From Phoronis australis (taxonomy: Eukaryota; Animalia; Phoronida): 64,000 nt of DNA. The notes beneath the pieces were generated by a model, which did not search any database, was not told where the DNA came from, and saw only the letters and a list, made by a program, of their open reading frames with translations. A program made the position numbers and the translations under genes. Below are positions 53,701-64,000 of this stretch, one piece after another. The stretch is from the NCBI GenBank assembly GCA_002633005.1, contig NMRA01000120.1:191056-255055 (forward strand), given 5' to 3'. The first letter of the stretch is position 1, and the number at the start of each line of letters is the position of its first letter.

Positions 53701-56700
53701 CTTTCCTGTTGAATATTTATGGCAGATGCCTGGCTTTGCTGAAATCTGACACTAATAGATATGGGATAGCCATTCATCGATCATTTAGAAACCATGATGG
53801 TTGAATGTTACCCACGAGCCAGATGTTGTATCAAGAATGCAAACAACAGTCTCCGCAGCGACAATCTAAATGCATCCGAAACCGGTTTCTAAACTAAAAC
53901 GTGTTTTAATATGTGCTTTTAGACAAAGTTGGCACAGCCTTTTGAAAGCTAACAAGCGCATTTGTCTCGAGGCGAGAACGCGAGGCCCTTCTTCATCTTG
54001 ACCAATACTAAGTTTTTAAAAAAACGGTGGGATACTGGCGATTTGCGTGCTAACGGCCTGTTTCAGAAATTTGGTCTTCACGCACAACTAGTATTTGTGA
54101 AAAATAATTAAATCTCACTAGAGCAAAACGCTAAGTATCTGAGAATAACTACGAGTGACTGGGATAATTTTTACAAACTATTTCTTTGCCGTGATGCGCT
54201 TGTAACTATTTACTTGGATAGACTTTTACTCGCCAACAAATGTGAAATGGAAGCGTAACACCGAACTTCTGTCGTCACTTCATGAAAGAGACCCCAGAAG
54301 TTGGCAAGCAAGCAACAGTTGCCGACACCGTAGTATCAATTTTTCACCCGTTTTTGAGACAGGTGCGTGTCAACTGTTGATCGAGACTCATAATGAAGTC
54401 CTTGCGTCTGCCCTTCGTAACATTTCACCCTCTTCCGTGGTTACATCAAAATTTATACTACGGGTGTCGATGATTAGTAGATCGATTGCTGATCTCAAAA
54501 GAGGCCGGGATTATATAGTCAATGGACCCTTAGCTGTGAAGTTTAACAAAGGTTTCGTGAGTTCTTTGACCTGCCATTTTCATTTTGTCGTTTCCTCCCT
54601 CATTCGGTGCACTTAGTAAATGTAACTGAAAGTTCCATCTTTTAAAGATACTACCTACATGTTCGTGTAATTTGCCGATAAATTTACAGAAACTGTCGAA
54701 GAGTTGAAATTAAGAGTTCGTGTTAATTAGTGTCATTACAGATAAAATTATTGTCTCTGTCATTCTATTAGGCACGTATAAACATTGCTTGGTCGCACTA
54801 AGCTAACGAGACGAGCAAAATAGGGCCGAAAAGGCTTTTTAAAATGACACAGTCGCTTAGTGGAAGAATGTAAAACACGCCGAATTACATATGTGTGGAC
54901 GATTTTGATGCTTAACTAAAAAGCTATTAATTTATGTTTTCGTGCTGCTTGAAATGACAGAGTTTGAGAGGTAATTGTGAGGCAAATAGCTGTAAAAGGC
55001 AGGACAGAAACAGACACCAGTTGATTTTCCGACAACATTTTCCCGAGTTTCCCATTCCATATCAGAATCGCTACAGAGCACAGGATCATAGAAATGTACC
55101 AGTTCAACACACAGATTCAGCTTCGTAAAGTGTAGTCTATGGTATGTCACTAATTTCTTTCCATGGTTTCGTATACGTGCAGCCCTTCTAGAAATAAAAA
55201 AAAATTACGGACTCAATGGTAACACTTTTGAAATTGTTTGAGTGAATCCAATGAAAATGCGTTATATAGAATCACAAATTTGTGTTATTTCAATTTCGTT
55301 GAGAAACAAACTGAATATTAATAATTTGAGTTTCAACGTGTACCCCTAAATTTCTCAGTCATGTTTGCAGTATTCCAATAGCATATTGCTGCGGGAAGTC
55401 CATTATTGAATTGTAGGCTTACTGTTATCAGGAAGAGATAACCAGGATGGTTATCTCTTCCTGCTGCTATGTACAGTTAGTGCGCGTGTAGCATAGCCAC
55501 GAATAGGGATTGGATTAGTGAGACAGGTGGTTATTTCACCTGCCCGTGAATTGCAATAATGTAAACTACCGATGAACTCGTGCACAAGTTCAAAGATAAA
55601 AGAGTTTTTCAACACATTTTACAAGTGACCTGCAACCACGTTATTTAGGAGTCGTGAACTAGTAGTCAGGAGCTTAGTCCGGAGGGATACGCAATTATAT
55701 TTCTGACCGGCGGGTTCAGATGGAAACTTAGGATACCCAGCCATCAAGATATTGTATTTGTTCTTTATTTGGTTTTTGTCTCAGATACACCACCTTAATT
55801 CATTGCAGGGGAAAATTCCGTAAAGTGGGGGAGGGGTGATCTGAATTTTCAATTTGATTTTAAAACAAAGTTTGCGTGTAGAAACTTTTAATAACTGCTA
55901 AATAATTCATTTAAATTAACATCCGGAATATTGGAGGGGACGAAAACCTATCCCCCACATTCTGGTTGTAGGGGAGGGGCTCCATCCCCTCCCTCTTCCT
56001 ACGTCTATGTGGACAGCTTAATTTTTAACCCATCAAACCGGTAACAGCACAAGAAACTGACAAGTTTTCAAAACTGAATGTATCATATGCACCAAACGTT
56101 TTTAAAGTGTACACTGCTATAGTTTTGAGCATTCCGAAAAGGAGTCAAAATACAGAGTTTCTCCCAAAGTGAACCTTTTTGTAGGGAATTGTGTCAGAAA
56201 AAGGCTCCCCGCTTTTTATGGTAATCTGGTCGTAAATTTCGCTTTTCTGAGCGGCCTGTCCGGCCGACACCTCCTATTGGAGTACGTGCCCCCGGGTCTA
56301 GTAAGAGTACGTGCCCCCGGGTTTAGTGAGAAGTTTCTGCTCATTCAAGCTCAAGCTATCATAACGACTTTTTTCTGAGAAAGGGTGATATTTAATTATT
56401 TTTATCCAGGTGTGTGTCGTTTGAGCCTGGTATACGAGTCGCTACCAGCGATAGTCACAGCCTTTCTCTCGTTGTTGCGGCTTTTACGTAATAGAATAAT
56501 TATGATAATTGTCTATTTGTACGCATTGTTTGTTGCAACACGTTACTATATTAACATCTGAAAGATTAGCAGTCTTTATACATTTACATGTGTATGATGC
56601 AACGTATGAAACCAGCCAGCGACGTGACTGCCACCGCGAATCGATCTCGCATTATCTATACCAAGCAGAGTAAATGCTTGACAGGCTGAGAGATCAGAAG

Positions 56701-57556
56701 ATGTGCTCTTGCAAATATACTTGGCTAATGTGGAATTCATTTAAATTTACCGCCTTTCGGCTGTGATGGTGTTTTCAAGAATTTGAAAAATAATAAACTC
56801 ACTATCCAATGAATGCTAGTCCGTTTTTCAACCCGTAGTTATGGCAACCCTCTGCTTGCATTGCCTTGTGCATTGTTGTTCAATTGAGTTCCAATCTGAA
56901 CTCCCGATGTTTTATTTGTAATCACCTGAAGATAGCTTATAATCAATAAAACGAACAGTTTCGTTTATTTTGTATTTCAAGTTGACATTATGATAAAATT
57001 TCTTGCATGCCATTTGAACTATTACTTTTTTCAAGGAAAAGCGGGAACTTCCAGTCATGAATTTTTGGACGACACTTAGGCATGTGGGAACTCCGTTACA
57101 GAAGTGTGGCGAAATTCTCATCCCAGTGGAAGTTACTGTTAGTTTTTTTTCCAAACAACAAATTTATAGTAAAAAGTCCACGTGACTTCAAACATCCGGG
57201 TATTATTTTCGTGCTCGTGATAAGTTGAGCGATTACTCATTCTAGATTCTGCATAGACTTGTTTAACTCAAGGCGTTTCAAATGTGATCCAACATATTGC
57301 TAGTTGAAGAGGCACTAGCAAAACGTAGCCTACGCGGTTGGGGCAACCCCAGTTTTCAGAGAGAATCTGGTCTCTTACTGAAGGCCTATGAACGACGGCG
57401 TGTTGAGTCACTAGGGGAGGGACGAGCCCCTTATTTTTGGGCCTCCGACGGTAATCCATCAATGGTTACGAGCATTATTATGCTTCAACTCGCAGCGGTT
57501 CACGGCAGTGTCTTGTTAAGAGTATTTGAACGTAGTCGTGAAACAACACAGACCTA

Positions 57557-60500
57557 TTAGTGATCTTCATTTGCGTGCTCAATTTTAATTCCGTAAGGTC
57601 TCAAATGGTAGACAAAGTACTCCAGGACGTACGAGTAGCCAATCGCCACCTGGTGGAAGGTTATGGATTTGTCACTCACTGTGTCCAGGCTGCCTTGCTG
57701 TAAGGAAAAACAGAAAGATGATCTTAAAGGAAATATCTTTCTATTAAGTGGTGCCTGTGCCCCTAACTAGCAATCATACCTAGCCTTCGGACGTAGATGC
57801 TGCCTATTTCAATAAAGATGCCAGTCATAAAAGTGTGGAAAGCGTTTATAAGTGCGCATTGGCTAACTTTCCCGCGGAGGCGTGGTCCTTTCTACGAAAT
57901 TACGATTTCCACGCATGGTTGCGTTTTACGCTATTACATTTTCGATGTTGCTATCGACGAAGTTTACTGAAAATTGATCTACAATGAAACACCTGTAACA
58001 TGTTATTACTAGTGAAGCACAAAAAGGTGTTACAATAGGATTTGAGTATATATGATCTAGAATCAATTCTGCTGTACCCAGGCATCGCATGCGTTGATCT
58101 GGGGGTGCGTCAAGAGAATGGAGAGTGTTCAGGTATTGCCAGCGTCTAGGTAGAAAAGCAAGATCTCGCAAAACTGCGAGATATCGCCGTGAATTTTCAA
58201 CTAGAACACGTAATTTTAGCTAGATTTTCTCGCCGCGTGACAGTTATTGAACTCCACCGCGGGTAGAATTTCGTAGACATGAAAATATCGACAAGGAAGC
58301 TAATGTGGAGCGTTTTTCTCTTGCAATACATGGCGATATCTCGCCAGAATTACTTTAACCACAAAACTCTAGCACTGGAATGCCAACTCCCGTACGTGAC
58401 CAATGTTTTCTACTATTAGAGCGGTTTGCGACCACGAGACTTGCAGCGCAGAGTTTGCAATGTAAATTTCAGCCAGTGTGCTCGACTCAGTTTCAGTCGA
58501 GTATTGTAGTTATCAAATCAAACCTTATTTCATTGCTTCATTTTAATTTTAACATTTTTGTTCATCGATCAACCTAGACTTTTGAGCTACGGTTCCAGAA
58601 AACCAGCGATTATCCAAGAAACCCGACAATTACATTGGCCATTCTTTATACGCACCAATCCGTGGCCCCGACCGAATACGGCGAAAAGTCTGGTGTCTGA
58701 TATCTTTTCATTTCCAGTCTTAGAATCAATTTCGACAACCTATCAAACTGCACTAAAGGTTTTTCAACAAAACATTTTGAGTGTTAAAATCATGTTAATA
58801 TATTTTACGGAAAAAGTAATATTTCTGTGGTTTCCGAGTGTTTGTTCTCCAATGGTAAAAGAAAAGTTTAGCTCCTACTAGCAGGAGTGCTTACGTGACT
58901 TTCGAAAAATTATTCGTATTTGCGTAGCTAAGCATGTGTGTTTGTTTTTGCATGATTACTGTTTTCAGTTGATTCTATGATAATTCACTTGTGCAATGTT
59001 TACCTGTTGTCAGGATATTTTTTTGCTCGATTTCTGAGCAGTGAATGTTATCTGTAGTATTTACCTATACCCGTGAAATAAATTAAAACTGAATGAAAAT
59101 TTTACCTTGTAAAAAATTCAATCCAATACTTTGTGTTGCTGGCAGCGTACATTGTACTTGCCAATTGTCCCGCTCTTGGTGGACTCTCTCACACGCTAGA
59201 GGGTGTCCTCTACCCCTAGAGGACACGCAGGGAACCAGCGAGAGCCATTTGAGGTTCGGTTAGGTTGGGAAATGAGGTGTGTCAGAATTCTGACATTTTT
59301 ACGGAAATCGCCGAAATATCACGAGTAATATAATTTTGAAATTTTCTACAGTTTTATATAAAACGAAAAATAGCGGCAATTCAGGTCTAAATTATTGCAA
59401 AATGACGTATTTTGATTCGAAAACGGATTAATTTCTACGATACCATTAATAAAAAAGAATTGAAAATAAATATGTGAACAACTTTTATTTCAAACAATAA
59501 CCAAAACAATGCCTTCTGCTTCATGAATGGTAGCAACAAAGCCTGTGAAAATAATTAAAATCTGCCTTTGTTTTAATGACGTCATGGCATCGGGCAATCA
59601 TTGTGCCGAAGGTAATTCCCATAACTAAGCCTCAAATGGCTAAACCAATCGGTGCCCTCTTGAGGCTTGGGGATGAGGCTGGTGCTACTGCGATTAGTTG
59701 GACCAAGCGTCCGACGATAGGAGTGTTCATTGGCGAGTTCGGTGTTATCGTTACTACTAGCGCGTCCTAGTAGCGAGTCAAGTACGAAGCGCGGGAACAA
59801 TGGGGAAGGGCGCCATTTTGCAGCGCAATAAATTGCACAAATCCATCCACGAAAACACCAGTACTGTAATTTTTTTATGTTTTCTTAGGATTCAGAAAGG
59901 TAAGGATTATTTGTTATTCAATAATGTGATAAAACGTCAACATATAAATCCCCGAACGGTCGCAGGGATAATTTTAGAAAAAAATACCCATGGCCATGGG
60001 TCAATATGACCGGTGACGGCCACAGTCACACAGTCACAACCACAGGGCCGGACTCTTGAATGTTAAGTTAGTTATGCTTATTCGCCGCTTCGGGCGCTAG
60101 GTTTTCGACCTAAAACCATTGTGGCGAATGGCAAGATGTCGGAGTGAGTGGGACCTCCTATTGCACTACACAACATACCTGCCCTGGTAACGATTCTATC
60201 TTGGGATTGAAACTATTAAATCTTGACTTTCCATCTTCGTCAACGGTCTTTCCTTTTGTGACGCCTGTGGAAAATAATTACGTATTACAGTCAAAGAATT
60301 CTTCGTATACGAGCCTGTGATTTACTATTGAATTTAACGTGTCGTTATCGATGAAATTTACAGAAAAGTGATGGAATTCTACACCTTGCACCCAGATTAT
60401 AAAAAATATGTAGAAACATCCTGGTGGGATATGTTCAAAATATTTTAATAATTTGAAAATTTTTGGGTCATAATTTTTTAAGTTAGAGCATCATGGTTCA

Positions 60501-62257
60501 AAAAGGCTCAGTTAGAGAAGTTGTTTTAAAACGGCTAGAAACAGGAAAGAAAGAATATTTAAAATGTTCATCTAGACGTTCAAGTGAAAGGGTTTCCGTT
60601 AACCCTCACTAGATGCCTAATTTCGGTAGATTTTGCCCAATTTTGTGTATTGTACTTTTATCCATTTTTGAGGTGCTGGTGATTACCAATGTTGTTTTTC
60701 TTCTGTTTGTTGTCCAACTAAGAAATTAAAAAATGAGATTTTCGTTTGTTTTAAAGCAAACGACAGAAAAAACACCATCGCAAATTTTACAGTGACTGAT
60801 TACGGGCAGTATGCAACTATATCTCATAAACCTCTCAAAGGGGCATCAGTAATTGTTGCGAATGTTTCTATGGTGATCAAGTCAGTCTCTAAGGGCGTCA
60901 ATAGTTTTGGGTATTGGCACCAGACAAATATGTCATAGCTTGTGCCAGCGTAACCTCTGACCCATGGTCAGTTATTAAAAATGAATGGGTGAAATGCTAA
61001 TATGGATATGCTAGACAGCACTATGGTCCCTAAAATGTTGGTTGCCATTAATTATTTCGCCTTGAAACCATTTTAAATATGATGAAGATTGAAAATACTC
61101 GTTTAAAAAGTGTAGAATACGTAATATTTGGGAAATTGTTAAAACAAAAATGAAAAAAGCCCATTCGAGAGATTTTCCAAACTTGTTCACTTATCCAAGA
61201 CCTATCCACAAACATGTATTTCATTGCCACAGTCCCGCAAACTAGCTTGTATAAGCAATGGAGTAACACTTTCAACACTACAAAAAGTGCTTCCGGAATT
61301 TTCTCCCCTGCTTCGAGATGAATGCAGCGAAGTTATCAGTATCAATTTTATTTGGTAGTTCAATGTGTTGTCTCTCATTGCATGCAAGGCTGTTTTTATA
61401 TTGGAAAATTGGTGTTTTCGGTATGCAAAAACGTGTCATTTTCACCGTAACCTTTGAAGGCCTATAAGCAAATAAGTGCAAAATTGGGGATTTTTGTATC
61501 AGAGCCATACCACGATCATATACACAAAGTTTAAGCTGACTCTGAGAGATGACCCCTAGAGTGGTTTTATGATTTCTTTTAATTTTTTCGTGGCTCTTGG
61601 AGACGGTTGCTAAGTCTAAGTTTGCTGCAACGTTTCGCTTTTATAAAAAAAACGCAGCGTCGCACACGAAAGTCTTTAGTTAACGGCGAAAATAACTAAC
61701 TTATATTTTCTCTCGTCCATACCGCTCACCTAATTTATCCAAGCATACTGACAGATCTTCTTCAACTTGGTTTCCACTAAAATCCTCAAGGCAGTACTGC
61801 TTGCCTCGAATGCCTTCTTCCACCAACTTTTTCAAGGCAGCCTTACTAAGAACAAAATCCCCAGAGTCAAAGTTTTTCTTATCAGGGTGTGAGTTGGTAA
61901 AGTACACGAGTCTGTTGCTGTCTTCATTGGATAACATTAGCCGCAGGTTTTCCATAATAACGAAACCATTGGCAGTTCCTTTCAAAAACCAATCAGCTTC
62001 ATCTAAGTGATTATCGTAAAGTTTCTCAACACTCAGCATCACGCGTGAACTCCAGCGAAACGTCGCTTTACCCGAGACATCCAATTGTTCAACTCCCAAA
62101 CTGGCATTACCGGTTTTACCCATGAACACCAGCTTGGTACAGCGTTTACCCCAGGTAGCCTTGATGTGAGGAATTCGTCGGTGGCTGCCTTTTGTAATCA
62201 CAACAAAACACACGACCCTGATTTTCGCTGCCAACCTGTCGGCCACTGTTCTTTCAT
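57557..62257 (-). CDS. Core 1 beta-1,3-galactosyltransferase (C1GALT1/T-synthase, GT31)-like protein lacking the DDD motif; 5' exon(s) not identified
   Basis: Exons 61730-62257 (IRVVCFV..HIKATWGKRCTKLVFM..LDEADWFLKGTANGFVIMENLR..FVLSKAALKKLVE..EEDLSVCL), 60179-60264 (GVTKGKTVDEDGKSRFNSF) and 57557-57697 (SDKSITFH..LEYFVYHLRPYG..*). Splice sites are canonical and in phase. Confidence 0.88.
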
Positions 62258-62444
62258 CTAGAATTAAAAAAACATTTGATAACTGAGATCGACATCTTGA
62301 GGCCTGATTTTCAATGGAGTGTTCCGCTGACTGAGAAAATAACGACTATCCATTAGAGATTCGTAAAAGCAGGTTTTCTCTCATGAAAACAATTCCAGGA
62401 GTTTTAAATCCTGGACCAGGGCAAAGTGTCTGTTTCTGGAATCT

Positions 62445-62610
62445 CAATTCAATTTTAATTAATATAAAATATCAATTCAATTTTAATTAATATAAAATAT
62501 CAATTCAATTTTAATTAATATAAAATATCAATTCAATTTTAATTAATATAAAATATCAATTCAATTTTAATTAATATAAAATATCAATTCAATTTTAATT
62601 AATATAAAAT
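62445..62610. repeat. Minisatellite, 28 bp x 6
   Basis: caattcaattttaattaatataaaatat repeats at 62445, 62473, 62501, 62529, 62557 and 62585. Confidence 0.95.
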
Positions 62611-64000
62611 AAACGTCCCTTTAGGGCTGTTGTCTTTTTACGTGTACTAGTTAACAAAACTTAAACCTGATTTTAACTCGCGTTCTAGCAAGGAAACTTA
62701 ACGTTTGCTTTACAGAACAGCTATAAAACTAAACTTTAACTTACTCAGCAGTTCTTAAGACGAGTCGTGTTCTCGGTCTTGGAACGAATTAACAGATCAT
62801 TTGTGCCTCACTTGAGAAATGAACTGTGAGTTGATTCAAAGTCCAGAAATCACATACTTTAAGTACAGATAAAAGTGAGGCCGATTTTATAACGGTTCGG
62901 TAAGTGGTCATCTATCAAAATTTATTTTTCAAGGAAGGACAAGTCACAGCGCTTTCACGTTCATTTAAGACTCTAGAAAAATGTCCAAATTTGGCTACCG
63001 TCGGAACATCAAATCTTAGAAATGGCTGATTGAAGGTGTTCATTCAGATAACATGCTTTATGCTGTGTTCTGTAAAAACGTTCTGATGAATTGTTTTGAA
63101 GTGTTCACTCATGCACGAGGAGCTATCATGATTTTCAATGAACAAAAACCAAACATTGCATAAAACGAAATGATAATTTAGAAAACTGTAACAGCATTGT
63201 ACATTTCTATCAAACGAAATATAGTCATGCTGATTGTACCCAAGTGTAGTTACGCACGCGTGTTAACTATATTTTACTAAAAGGTCAAGGCCATGTGTCC
63301 CAGTTGATGACCCATTGGTGTAAGGTCGAAAATCAAATTCTGTAGTCTTCCTATTTTTAGAAAATATTTATAGTTTTGTAGACATTTATACAGAGACCTG
63401 TCGATGAGATCTGGCACAACTTGAATAGATTTTGAAACTTTTATGCAAGATGCAAGGATGAGTTACCCTATCAGCAACTTGAATTCTGAGCATTCAGCCT
63501 TGAATTTCGATTTTTTCACGAAACTTTTGAAATACTCCATAAAAATCATAAGAGTACAAATTTCTATTAGCACCTTACGTAAAAATGAAACATTTTAAAA
63601 ACAATACCAGCTTTTTAGAGGGTAGTTTGCACACAACTTACGGTAGGCCTAGCTCGCCTGAAAGCTTTGATAGAATCCGATCAGCCATTTTCGGCAAACG
63701 ATGTGCAACGACTGTGAGACATATCATGTTTTGAGAAACACTCAAAACCACGAGGCCATAAATCGAACCATTTCCGAAATGACATTCTTCGACTTCGTAG
63801 GGAATCTAAACCATGATCAACCCATGTACCCATCGAACACATGCCTTTGATCACCCTTGAAGGCGGAGACCATTTTTTCCAACGAACACCTTGTTATGCA
63901 CGGCAAATGGTTTAAGGTCATTCGCGTGGACATTGATGTTCGTTCTCGTTGAATTATAATTCACTCCTAACAAGACAAAAGAGCCATTAGTCTGACAGAC

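Noticed and set aside
57270-57480. GC-richer segment downstream of the C1GALT1-like stop codon, possible structured RNA
   Set aside because: No recognisable family motif or long stem by eye. It needs an Infernal/Rfam search.
21723-62257. Two O-glycosylation-related genes (POMK and C1GALT1-like) as a functional cluster
   Set aside because: They act in different pathways and are separated by unrelated genes, so the linkage is probably chance.

Overview
AT-rich, intron-rich eukaryotic genomic DNA from an animal, probably an invertebrate; the species cannot be determined from sequence alone. The scaffold has N gaps. I reconstructed six spliced protein-coding genes by hand: a 5'-truncated major vault protein (MVP) gene (+, 1206-11527), ES1/GATD3 (-, 13010-19518), POMK (+, 21723-23056), ELMOD3 (-, 26408-38003), MRPS18C (+, 40687-50820) and a 5'-incomplete C1GALT1/T-synthase-like gene (-, 57557-62257). 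Most ORFs in the supplied track are spurious. Introns hold many MITE-like and Helentron-like repeats and Penelope-like GIY-YIG fragments. Notable points: (1) a textbook U12-type AT-AC intron in ES1; (2) the T-synthase-like gene has an intact reading frame but has lost the DDD motif, so it looks like a Cosmc-like pseudoenzyme; (3) tandem arrays of duplicated exon-intron junctions in MVP and MRPS18C; (4) a dispersed repeat with CTCF-consensus motifs about every 145 bp; (5) a degenerate minimal hammerhead ribozyme next to a Penelope remnant; (6) a divergent MVP with an exon-encoded loop. A 1.55 kb duplication around a single N is most likely an assembly artefact.
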